A stretch of 32,000 nt of DNA from Candidatus Saccharimonadota bacterium. GTDB lineage: Archaea; Nanohalarchaeota; Nanosalinia; Nanosalinales; Nanosalinaceae. Of the stretch, positions 23,811 to 32,000 are shown one piece after another. The stretch spans positions 630,001 through 662,000 of the forward strand of contig NZ_CP180230.1 of the NCBI RefSeq assembly GCF_047555085.1, read 5' to 3'. A program made the position numbers and the translations under genes. Within the stretch, counting starts at the first letter, position 1. The number at the start of each line of letters is the position of its first letter. The notes beneath the pieces are model-generated. The model was not told where the DNA came from. It saw nothing but the letters and a program-made list of their open reading frames with translations, and did no database searches.

Positions 23811-23878
23811 AATTCAAAGATAGATAAAGATAAGAAGGAGGCCTGGAAAACTGGTAAAAATACGTGAAGGCCTTCTCT

Positions 23879-24013
23879 CTAGTTAGATTTCTGTTCTTTA
23901 TGTGAAGTCTTGTTGTCTTCGTCGAAAAGTTCCTTCGCTCTGTCGTCGCCGATACCGAGCATTTCCTTGGCTTTCTCTTTCTGTTTCTCCGCCTTGTCGT
24001 TGTTCATTCCCAT
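23879..24013 (-). CDS. Possible 44-aa lysine/glutamate-rich micro-protein
   Basis: Hand translation gives MGMNNDKAEKQKEKAKEMLGIGDDRAKELFDEDNKTSHKEQKSN*. It lies 46 nt downstream of the DHH gene on the same strand. There is no homology evidence. Confidence 0.25.
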   Translation of the reverse strand: MGMNNDKAEKQKEKAKEMLGIGDDRAKELFDEDNKTSHKEQKSN

Positions 24014-24059
24014 AGTACTCTTTTTGTCAAGAGGCCTTTATACTGGTTTTGGACGTGCT

Positions 24060-25157
24060 CTATACAATCTCCGTGAAATTTTTCTTGAACTCCTCGTAGT
24101 ACTTCTTGTCCATCGAGGCTCCTGCTGCTTTCCTGTGGCCTCCGGCTTCAGCACCTTCCTTCTTAGCATCCTCCGGCAAGGCCTTCTGAAGCAAGTCTCC
24201 AAGGTCTACACGGCCTGACTGGCATCTGGCGCTGATGTTTATCTCATCATCTTTCTGTATAACAAGGTGGATCCAGTCCGGTGTCTTAGTGGACATATTT
24301 GTTGCTATAGAGGATGTAATGTTGAAATCAGAGTCGATCTCGAAGAAAATTATACATTTATCCCTGTTGATCTCTCTATCTTCCTCATAGTCTTCCATCA
24401 TCCTGTTGAACTCGTCCTGCATCTCCAGGTAGACTTCGTAGACCTGTCTGTACTCTTCCTGAGCCTCTAGCTCCTGCAGTTCCCCAGAGTTCATCAGGGC
24501 CTGGTATGCAAGCTTTGCAAAATGTTTCGAGTCCCTGTACGGCTTGATATTTAATACACTGGAGTATCTTCCGTATTCACAGTTTTTGGCAAGTTCTTCC
24601 TGTGTCAACTCTTCAGGGAAGTATGTGCCGTATTTTTCATCAAGTTTCTCGAAAAGCTCCGGGCACGAATTAACACCAAAGTCCTGGATCACTCCAAGTC
24701 CTGCGATCCAGTCCAGACCATCCTCAAGACCGAATTCTGCAGATATATCAAGACAGATCTTGCTGCACGGCACATAGGCCTCTCCATCTTCAGTCCTTGG
24801 ATTCACGAAAGGAACTTCCGGCTCCCTGCCGAAAGTATGGTGATCCACGACAAGTATCTCCAGATCATACTCTTCTTCAAGCTCTTCAAGCTCATCTGCT
24901 TCAAGATTGAAATCCAGTACGATCAATCTATCGACTTCTTCAAGGCGCTTCCTGTCCTCTTCCTCAAGATGATAGGCCCTCTCATACGGGATTGTGACGT
25001 TATCAGCAGGCCTGCCTCTAACTTCTTCAAGTATCTTGGAGACTATTACAGACGAGCTGGTGCCATCCATATCCCAGTGATGTACTATCTCGATTTTTTC
25101 GTTTTCCGAGGCGTTCCTCAGAAATTCCACTGCCGGCTTCAAGTTTTCAGACTGCAT
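24060..25157 (-). CDS. DHH/DHHA1-family phosphoesterase (NrnA/RecJ-like)
   Basis: It has HHWDMDGTSS (DHH motif I/II region), VVDHH (DHH motif III) and GGHRKAAG (DHHA1). Confidence 0.85.
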   Translation of the reverse strand: MQSENLKPAVEFLRNASENEKIEIVHHWDMDGTSSSVIVSKILEEVRGRPADNVTIPYERAYHLEEEDRKRLEEVDRLIVLDFNLEADELEELEEEYDLEILVVDHHTFGREPEVPFVNPRTEDGEAYVPCSKICLDISAEFGLEDGLDWIAGLGVIQDFGVNSCPELFEKLDEKYGTYFPEELTQEELAKNCEYGRYSSVLNIKPYRDSKHFAKLAYQALMNSGELQELEAQEEYRQVYEVYLEMQDEFNRMMEDYEEDREINRDKCIIFFEIDSDFNITSSIATNMSTKTPDWIHLVIQKDDEINISARCQSGRVDLGDLLQKALPEDAKKEGAEAGGHRKAAGASMDKKYYEEFKKNFTEIV

Positions 25158-25183
25158 AGCCTACAATTCACCTGCAGTCTTTT

Positions 25184-28100
25184 TTATTCTACAGGCCCGG
25201 AAAAGGAAAATACAGTTTCGAGGTCTCTATGACTGACCTCACCACTGTAATCCAGTTCCTCGCCGAAAACGATCTCATCGACGTTCATACGCTTCTCAAC
25301 GCGATCAGTGTACTCACCGAGCACGTCTTCAGCTCCCTGGAAAGACAGCTTCACTCTGTCATGTACCTCAAGGCCTGCCTCTTTCCTCTTCTCCTGAATA
25401 GCACGGATCACTTCACTGACAAAGGCCTCTTCGACAAGCTCCTCCGTCTCCTCCAGATCAAGGAAAACTTCTCCTTCCTCAAAGGACTTGCTGTGGGCCT
25501 CTCCACGGGTCTCGCTCTTCACTTCGACATCGTCGATTCCGACGTCGTGGCCGTCAAGCTCTATCTCGCCGAGGTCACGAAGCTGCTCCACCTGATCATG
25601 TTCCAGTTCCTCGATCTTCCTTGCCACATCATCAGCTGAACCGCCGAACTTCGGACCAAGACTGGAGTAATCCGGCTTAGCGGAGAGCTTCGAGGCAACC
25701 TCCCCAAACTCGATTTTCTTGACGTTAACCATCTCCTCAACCAGCTCAAGAAGCGGCTGAAGGCCTTCCTCTGTCTCTCCATCCGTCGAGATTACGAGCC
25801 TTTTCGCAGGCCACCGGAGATTGTATTCCTCCTCATCACGGATCTTGTTAGCCTTCTCAACAATCTCACGTGTCAGCTCCATGTAACGCTCAAGATCCTC
25901 ATCGATGAAACGCTCCTCAGACTCAGGATAACTTTCCTGATGGACCGACACACCACCTTCAAGATCCTGATAAATTCTCTCAGTTATGTACGGAGTGAAA
26001 GGCGCCATCAAACGATTCAACTTCTCCAATACCTGTCCAAGAGTCCATGAGGCCTTTTCATCTCCCTGCTTGACTCTTCCACGTACTTTCTTGACGTACC
26101 AGCGTGAAAGATCATTCAAGATGAACTCTTCAAGCTCTCGCGTCACCCTGTGGAACCTACCATCATCTATTTTTTCCGAGGCCTCTTCAGCTATCGAGTT
26201 AATCCTTGAAAGAATCCATTCATCCTCCACTTCAAGCTGTTCAGGCTCTTCAGGCCTCTCATCGACGTACGTAGTGTAGAACTCTTTAGTGTTCCAGAAC
26301 ACGGAAAGAAGCCTGTAAATCTCCTCCTCAATCTCAGATTCATCATAGTTCGTCTGCTCCCATGGAGCAGCAACTCTCAAGCTGTAGTAACGCGGCAGAT
26401 CAGCACCGAACTTCTCCACCTGATCCACCGGATCTACAACATTTCCAAGAGACTTCGACATCTTCTCCCCCTCTGCATCCAGGACATAGCCCTGGAAAAG
26501 CACTTTCTCGTAAGGAGCCTCATCGAAGCCGAGGATACCTGTGAACATCAATGAGTAGAACCATCCACGGATCTGATCCGAGGCCTCTGTAATGAAATCC
26601 ATCGGCCACATATCCTCAAACGGCTGCTCTTCAAACGGATAGTGCAGGGAGGCGAACGGAGCGATCCCCGAGTCGAACCATACATCGAAAATATCCGGAA
26701 TCCTCTCGTATTCTCCGCCACAGCCACAGCTCCACGAGATATCATCGACCACGTGCTTGTGAGGATCAAAGTTCTCAGGCAGTTCACCCGCATGTTCTTC
26801 AAGCTCGTCAAAGCTTCCAATTATCTCCTTTTCGCCACAATCGTTACAGATCCAGATCGGAATCGGGATCCCCCAGTAGTTCTGCCTGGAAATACACCAG
26901 TCAGGACTCTCTGAGACAAAGTTACCGAAACGCCTCTGAGCGCTTTCCGGAATCCAGTCCACATCCTCGTTCTCCTCAAGCATCCTATTCTTGACTTCCT
27001 CATTCTCGATGAACCACTGATCAGCAGCCCTGTAAATCAATTCTGTCTTGCATCTCCAGCAATGAGGATACTCGTGCTCAAAACTTTCATGATAGAAAAG
27101 AAGGCCTTTGTCCTCAAGCATCTCGATGATCTCCGGATCAACGTCCAGGACATTTTTACCTTCTAGTTCTCCCGCTTCCTCAGTGTAGTTTCCTTCAGAG
27201 TCAAGCGGCGAGAAAACTGGTAGGCCCAGAGGCCTTGTCTCCTCATAGTCCTCCGGTCCATGCCCTGTAGCTGCGTGGACAAGGCCTGTACCGTCCTCCA
27301 AAGTTACAAGTTCCTCAGAGTTATGAACACGGTGTACTCCCGATTCTTCGTCAAGTTCCTGCTGTCTTGGGATCTCATCGATGAAAGGAGTCTCGTATTT
27401 GAGGCCTTTCAGATCAGAACCGATCAAAGTTCTTTCAATCGTGTAATCATCTTCTTCCAGGCCTTTCTTCTCCATTACTCTAGATACGAGCTGTTCTGCG
27501 ATTATGAGTTTTTCTCCCTCCGCTTCAACGATAGCATACTGGTAGTCCGGATGAGTAAAGACTGCCATGTTGGAAGGGATCGTCCAAGGAGTCGTGGTCC
27601 AGATTACAAGTTTTTCCTCTCTGTTTTCGAGAGGGAACTTTGCGAATACAGCAATATCCTCAATCTCCTGGTATTCATCCGTTACTTCGTATCCGGAAAG
27701 ACTTGTTTGACATCTTGGGCACCAGTGGATCGGCTTCCTGCCCTCGTAAAGTAAATCTTGCTCGTCTGTTTTCTGCAGAAGCCACCAGGCTGTCTCTATG
27801 TAGTCATTGTCGAATGTCATGTACGGATCTTCGAAGTCCTGCCAGATCGCAAGATCCTCCATGACTGTCTGCCAGTCGTCCTTCGCCGAGGTCGCTCTCT
27901 TCTTGCATTCTTCAATAAATTTTTTCGCGGAAATCGAGTCGCCAATCTCGTTCTTGTCCTCTATCCCGAGATGTTCTTCCGTCGCCAGCTCGTTCGGCAG
28001 ACCGTGCGTGTCAAATCCTGCCTGATCGTGGACATCGTAGCCCTGCATCTGCTTGAAACGGAGCATGACATCCTTGATGACCTTCCCCTGCATATGACCG

Positions 28101-28252
28101 ACATGCGGACTTCCGTTCAGATATGGAGGCCCATCAATCAAGAAAAACGGCTCATTACCCTCTGTAGATTCACGAACCTTCTGCTTTACATTATTATTAT
28201 CCCAGTACTCCTGAACTTTTTCCTCAATCTCCTGTGGGCTGTAGTCGGTCAT
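25184..28252 (-). CDS. ileS: Isoleucyl-tRNA synthetase
   Basis: 1022 aa. It has PPYLNGSPHVGH (HIGH-class), the editing-domain region TTPWTIPSN, and KMSKS. Confidence 0.95.
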   Translation of the reverse strand: MTDYSPQEIEEKVQEYWDNNNVKQKVRESTEGNEPFFLIDGPPYLNGSPHVGHMQGKVIKDVMLRFKQMQGYDVHDQAGFDTHGLPNELATEEHLGIEDKNEIGDSISAKKFIEECKKRATSAKDDWQTVMEDLAIWQDFEDPYMTFDNDYIETAWWLLQKTDEQDLLYEGRKPIHWCPRCQTSLSGYEVTDEYQEIEDIAVFAKFPLENREEKLVIWTTTPWTIPSNMAVFTHPDYQYAIVEAEGEKLIIAEQLVSRVMEKKGLEEDDYTIERTLIGSDLKGLKYETPFIDEIPRQQELDEESGVHRVHNSEELVTLEDGTGLVHAATGHGPEDYEETRPLGLPVFSPLDSEGNYTEEAGELEGKNVLDVDPEIIEMLEDKGLLFYHESFEHEYPHCWRCKTELIYRAADQWFIENEEVKNRMLEENEDVDWIPESAQRRFGNFVSESPDWCISRQNYWGIPIPIWICNDCGEKEIIGSFDELEEHAGELPENFDPHKHVVDDISWSCGCGGEYERIPDIFDVWFDSGIAPFASLHYPFEEQPFEDMWPMDFITEASDQIRGWFYSLMFTGILGFDEAPYEKVLFQGYVLDAEGEKMSKSLGNVVDPVDQVEKFGADLPRYYSLRVAAPWEQTNYDESEIEEEIYRLLSVFWNTKEFYTTYVDERPEEPEQLEVEDEWILSRINSIAEEASEKIDDGRFHRVTRELEEFILNDLSRWYVKKVRGRVKQGDEKASWTLGQVLEKLNRLMAPFTPYITERIYQDLEGGVSVHQESYPESEERFIDEDLERYMELTREIVEKANKIRDEEEYNLRWPAKRLVISTDGETEEGLQPLLELVEEMVNVKKIEFGEVASKLSAKPDYSSLGPKFGGSADDVARKIEELEHDQVEQLRDLGEIELDGHDVGIDDVEVKSETRGEAHSKSFEEGEVFLDLEETEELVEEAFVSEVIRAIQEKRKEAGLEVHDRVKLSFQGAEDVLGEYTDRVEKRMNVDEIVFGEELDYSGEVSHRDLETVFSFSGPVE

Positions 28253-28288
28253 AATACAGGCCTCACTTTCTGAAAGTTAAAAACATTT

Positions 28289-28507
28289 TTAGTCCTCAAG
28301 GTACTCTTCCTCAAGCTCCTGCCACATCTGCTTCGACCTCCTGTAACCAAAATAAGTCGAACCACCTATCAACGCAACTACCGCAGCAGCCTCCATACCG
28401 CCGGGAGAGGCCGAAGAAATCTCAACAGCCGCACTTGAATCATAGAGAAAATCAGCAGACTCAACACTGTAATCAAGAGCCTCTGCACCGTATTCACTCC
28501 ACGACAT
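28289..28507 (-). CDS. Small hypothetical single-pass membrane protein
   Basis: 72 aa with an acidic N-terminus, a TM-like segment AAAVVALIGGSTYFGY followed by RRSK, and an acidic tail. Confidence 0.4.
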   Translation of the reverse strand: MSWSEYGAEALDYSVESADFLYDSSAAVEISSASPGGMEAAAVVALIGGSTYFGYRRSKQMWQELEEEYLED

Positions 28508-28543
28508 AAAGAAAAACTCGACGCCAAGACTTTCAAAATTTAT

Positions 28544-29281
28544 CTACTGCCACTCAAAACTTCTTCCCTCGAAACCATCCTCTATACGTACCTCGTCCTC
28601 TTCCTCAGAGGCCTCTACAGACTTTCCAGAACTCTTCTCATCTGAACTATCAGAACTGCCGGAATCCGAAGAATCCGTCAGGCCTCCCAATGAAAGCGGT
28701 GAATCACCTTCGATCTGTTCAGCTATCTTGTCGATGGCCTCTTTATCATCTCCAGAATTCCTGGAAGTATCTTTTTCTTCAGAGGCCTTTTCTTCTTCCT
28801 TGAATTTCTTTGAGTCAGGATGCGGCTCCTTTGTCGTCTCGCCGAAGCCTGAATCAACTGACGCCATCTTATCTTTTATCTCATCGAGATTTTTCTTCGC
28901 TTCTTCGTGAGGCTGGAAGATCGCTCCTGTAGGCGTACCGGAGCTTTCCTCGTCCTGAAAGCGCGGGAATACCTGTATGTATGCGTGCGGCACCATCTGG
29001 CCGGCAGCCTCTCCCATGTTCATCGTTACGGAGACGCCGTCGGCACCGAGGCCTTTCTTTGCCTTGTCAACGACTTTCCGTGTAAGATTCATCGCCTCCT
29101 GATACTCTGACGGAGAGAAACTTTCGATGGAATCCTTGTGTTCCTTGGGAACTATCATCGTGTATCCTTTCGCCCGTGGATTGATATCCAGCCAGGCGTA
29201 GAAGTTTTCCGTTTCTCCGACTACTTTCAACTGGCCGGGATTCGCGATCAACTGGCAGAAAGGACACTGTTTCTGAGGCAT
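28544..29281 (-). CDS. HIT-fold protein with degenerate histidine triad and long acidic low-complexity tail
   Basis: It has CPFCQLI, LDINPRAKGYTMIVPKEH and GQMVPHAYIQVFPR. HAYIQ sits where HxHxH is expected (codons at 28973-28987). The C-terminal region of about 110 aa is rich in S/D/E/K. Confidence 0.8.
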   Translation of the reverse strand: MPQKQCPFCQLIANPGQLKVVGETENFYAWLDINPRAKGYTMIVPKEHKDSIESFSPSEYQEAMNLTRKVVDKAKKGLGADGVSVTMNMGEAAGQMVPHAYIQVFPRFQDEESSGTPTGAIFQPHEEAKKNLDEIKDKMASVDSGFGETTKEPHPDSKKFKEEEKASEEKDTSRNSGDDKEAIDKIAEQIEGDSPLSLGGLTDSSDSGSSDSSDEKSSGKSVEASEEEDEVRIEDGFEGRSFEWQ

Positions 29282-29412
29282 AAGTTAATTTACAGAGGCC
29301 TGTTATTAACAGTTTTTTCCCGAGTTTAGAGAACAGATTTTTCCCCGGACTCATGATTGAGTTTATAAAGCTGTGTAACTGTTTTTTGTACACTATAAGG
29401 TGCTTTTCGCAT

Positions 29413-29784
29413 ATGACAGAAGATTCTGAATTTAACGAAAGTTTTGCAGCTGAAGCAGAAAACCCAGAGGAATTTGAAGATTCTGAACCAGAAGAGGAAG
29501 AAGTAGTCGAGGAGACTCAAGAAGTCGAAGAGGAAGAAACTGAGTTCCACGAAGCAGATGAGACTACAGAAACAGATGATTCAGAGGAAGAAGATTTCGA
29601 CAAGCCTGTAAGCGAAGGAGATATCGTTGAACTGGAAGTCGAAGATCTTGGAAGTAAAGGCGACGGAATCGCAAGGAGAGAAGGATTCGTAATCTTCGTA
29701 CCTGGCGGAGAAGTCGGCGAAACCTACGATGTAGAGATTACAAGCGTAGGAAGAAAGTTCGCATTCGGAGAAATCTCCGAATAA
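29413..29784 (+). CDS. TRAM-domain protein with acidic N-terminal region
   Basis: The C-terminal sequence GDIVELEVEDLGSKGDGIARREGFVIFVPGGEVGETYDVEITSVGRKFAFGEI has the TRAM pattern. I prefer ATG 29413 over the track start 29353, whose first 20 residues are hydrophobic and Cys-rich, unlike the rest. Confidence 0.7.
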   Translation: MTEDSEFNESFAAEAENPEEFEDSEPEEEEVVEETQEVEEEETEFHEADETTETDDSEEEDFDKPVSEGDIVELEVEDLGSKGDGIARREGFVIFVPGGEVGETYDVEITSVGRKFAFGEISE

Positions 29785-29840
29785 AGCTTCAAAACAGCCA
29801 CCACATTTTCCCCTCATATTTTTTCTGCAAAAATACCTAT

Positions 29841-30458
29841 TCAACGTTCCAAGGCCTCAAAATAAAGCAAAAGGCTCGAGACAACTGTAAGAGCGAAAGC
29901 AACTGCAAAAACTATCGAGTAGAGGCCCTGTGCCTCAGGCAGCGAAGTATGCACGCCCAGAGAGTAATCAACCATATCATTAAGCAGGAAAAATCCTGCT
30001 GCAAGGCCTAAAACTTTCTTTTCTACATCGATATAGTCCAGAACAAGAAAGGCCTGTAGAAACATCCCCAGATGCGACAGAATCAGGAAAATATACATAG
30101 GAAGAGTATTGATCGCCATAAATTCAGTTCTGAACTGGAGAAGTACAAAGACTGTCCAGAGGCCGTACTTGATATTTCCTATAAACGCTAGAGCATGGAT
30201 AAGATTCTCTGCGTCTTCAGATAATCTTTCGAGGCCTCCAGAGAGTAAAATATACAGCGAAGCCGATAAAAGCAGTGTTGCTATCGGTGAATCAGCTATG
30301 AGAGGCCAGAGATAGAACTCTGTAGCGGATAACTGTGGAATATAGTAGTAGACTCCGAACAATGTTCCAGCAAGATTTACAGCGATCAGAATCTGCAGCA
30401 GAGGCCTTTTGAGCAGCGTCTCAGTTAATTTTTCCGGGATGGCCTCTGAAAGTCTCAT
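29841..30458 (-). CDS. Multi-pass membrane protein (DUF1405-like)
   Basis: It has 5-6 hydrophobic segments. NLAGTLFGVYYYIPQL resembles the DUF1405/YpjA N-terminal motif (from memory). I prefer ATG 30458 because the track start 30530 would overlap thiI by 59 nt. Confidence 0.65.
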   Translation of the reverse strand: MRLSEAIPEKLTETLLKRPLLQILIAVNLAGTLFGVYYYIPQLSATEFYLWPLIADSPIATLLLSASLYILLSGGLERLSEDAENLIHALAFIGNIKYGLWTVFVLLQFRTEFMAINTLPMYIFLILSHLGMFLQAFLVLDYIDVEKKVLGLAAGFFLLNDMVDYSLGVHTSLPEAQGLYSIVFAVAFALTVVSSLLLYFEALER

Positions 30459-30471
30459 AAGTAATTTGTCT

Positions 30472-31602
30472 CTAGATCTCTTCTTTTCTGGTGTTTTCCA
30501 GCGCTTTTTCCACAAGCTCATCGACGTCAATCCTGCGCTTCAGCTTCTCGAAATCTCCGTTTGACATCCTTGTAGCCGGGCTTTCCGGCGCCATCGTCCG
30601 GCACGCAGAATCTATCGAGGCCTCCTCAAAAGTTCCCAGTTCCCTGGCTTTCTCCGTTATCTCAGCTTTTCCACGAGTGAGCAAAGGCCTGTGAATCGGG
30701 AAATCTGTGGCAGAAGACGTGTTTCTCATGTTGGAGGAAGTCTGTGAAGATTTCTGCGAGAGGGCCTCGCCCGTCACGATCCCCTGCAGATTCTCCTGCT
30801 CAGCGATCTTTTCCGCTATCCCGAACATTATATACCGGTGAAGAAGCATTCTCCCACGGCCGATATCCATTAACTCCTCGTTTACTTCCTTCATGTCAAC
30901 GATATAGGCCTCCCAGTCTTTAGAGGGATGGAAACGCTTCAGTTTCTCAACTGAGGCCTTGAAACGCATCAGATGATCCTCTGCAGCAATAGGTCTGTTG
31001 TAGAAATATACAGGAGTTATATCAGAGCCTCGCTTCATTACTTCGTAAGCTGCAACAGGAGAATCTATGCCTCCGCTTATCAAAGCAGCCAGAGGATCTG
31101 CTGCACCGACAGGCATCCCTGAAGGACCTTCAAAAGTTTCTGTGTACATGAAAGCTTTCTCATCCCTTACATCAAACTTTATCCATGTCTCTGGATCATC
31201 AAGATCCACCTCTGCACCAGAAAAGTCCTGTACAAATGTGCCTACTTCTCTATTGACATCCATACTGCTGAAATCATGACTTCCAGAACGATTAGTATCT
31301 ATTCCGAAGCTTTCGCCGATTTCGACATCCTCGGCAGCATTTTTCAAGGCCTCGATCTCTGACTCAAGTTCTTTCACGGGAGAGGCTGATGCAACTCCCG
31401 GCAGCTCTGCTACAGCTTCTGAAGCTTCAGGCCTTGCGTTTTTTACAATTAAACGGCCCGGGATATCAGTAACAGAGTCGTATTCTTCATCTTCATACTC
31501 CAGTCGATCTTCTATCCTCTGTCTCAGGATCTTCACCATTCTTCCACGGACAGAAGCTGATTTAGTGCCGATATCTCCGTATCTTACAAGTATGTGATCC
31601 AT
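30472..31602 (-). CDS. thiI: tRNA 4-thiouridine synthase ThiI (THUMP + PP-loop ATPase, no rhodanese domain)
   Basis: The N-terminus is ILVRYGDIGTKS, the PP-loop is SGGIDSPVAA, and the size is 376 aa. Confidence 0.85.
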   Translation of the reverse strand: MDHILVRYGDIGTKSASVRGRMVKILRQRIEDRLEYEDEEYDSVTDIPGRLIVKNARPEASEAVAELPGVASASPVKELESEIEALKNAAEDVEIGESFGIDTNRSGSHDFSSMDVNREVGTFVQDFSGAEVDLDDPETWIKFDVRDEKAFMYTETFEGPSGMPVGAADPLAALISGGIDSPVAAYEVMKRGSDITPVYFYNRPIAAEDHLMRFKASVEKLKRFHPSKDWEAYIVDMKEVNEELMDIGRGRMLLHRYIMFGIAEKIAEQENLQGIVTGEALSQKSSQTSSNMRNTSSATDFPIHRPLLTRGKAEITEKARELGTFEEASIDSACRTMAPESPATRMSNGDFEKLKRRIDVDELVEKALENTRKEEI

Positions 31603-31650
31603 AGGCCTCTAGAATTGATTGCCAGAGAAAATTCAAAAACCTTGGATAAG

Positions 31651-32000
31651 TCAGGTGTATCCTTCCAGGACTTTCGTGTAATCCTTCAGAATTTTTCTTG
31701 AGGCCTCTCTTACTTCATCAACTTTTTCATCCGGGGCGTATACCCGTAGCGCCACGTTCCTCCACTCCGCATCAGTCAAAGCATCCGGAATCGGCGATAA
31801 CTCGCTAAGAGGCCTTATATCACCTTTTTTCTTGACTTTGACATCTATATCGCTGATGCCTGGTGTCGACGGTGTATGGATGATCACTTCATCAGGCCTG
31901 GTATCTGCCTCCTCCGCTATCTCTTTTTCAAGCTTCCTCGGCTTCTTGATACGCCGTTCAAGAGACTTCAGGGCCTCTTTTGGAACATCATCTATGTCCC
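31651..32000 (-). CDS. 3' part of a hypothetical protein; ORF stays open to the window edge
   Basis: The frame of the 31651..31887 ORF continues without a stop through 32000 (...DIDDVPKEALKSLERRIKKPRKLEKEIAEEADTRPDEVIIHTPSTPG...). No family recognised. Confidence 0.5.
   Translation of the reverse strand, partial: DIDDVPKEALKSLERRIKKPRKLEKEIAEEADTRPDEVIIHTPSTPGISDIDVKVKKKGDIRPLSELSPIPDALTDAEWRNVALRVYAPDEKVDEVREASRKILKDYTKVLEGYT

Noticed and set aside
1-32000. Prophage, integrated virus or genomic island explaining the LamG and Nudix expansions
   Set aside because: There is no integrase, capsid, terminase, tRNA attachment site or compositional break visible by eye. The AGGCCT density and acidic protein composition look uniform across the LamG, Nudix and housekeeping genes.

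Overview
Compact, gene-dense archaeal chromosome segment with about 40 CDS and short or overlapping spacers. I recognised no rRNA, tRNA, CRISPR array, integrase or transposase. Gene content is FtsZ, ABCE1/Rli1, ribosomal protein eS17, a eukaryote-type MetRS (HLGN motif), CysRS, IleRS, GatC, AlaX and ThiI. Together with very acidic predicted proteins and a by-eye GC in the mid-40s %, this suggests a salt-in halophilic archaeon with a streamlined genome, plausibly nanohaloarchaeal/DPANN-like. That assignment is inference and cannot be verified here. AT-rich TATA-like boxes centred about 26-30 nt upstream of several start codons suggest leaderless transcripts, and several genes appear to use GTG/TTG starts. 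Observations worth a second look: (1) seven paralogs of a leaderless LamG/ConA-like-fold protein, about 215-470 aa with no signal peptide, interspersed among housekeeping genes, including a translationally coupled triplet; this is my best candidate for an undescribed system. (2) A roughly 20-fold excess of the palindromic hexamer AGGCCT in coding regions (all three frames) and in almost every spacer, plus a recurrent AGGCCT-A-run-T-run intergenic module. (3) An array of hairpins with compensatory stem changes and an invariant GGTGGGAC loop in the long spacer upstream of ftsZ. (4) An ABCE1 whose N-terminal FeS domain has no cysteines. (5) A run of four Nudix domains in three adjacent genes, plus a fifth Nudix gene and an ITPase nearby. 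(6) A HIT-fold protein with H-x-Y-x-Q in place of the histidine triad. (7) A MetRS with no canonical in-frame start codon upstream of its essential first beta-strand. All product calls rest on motif recognition by eye, not on database searches.
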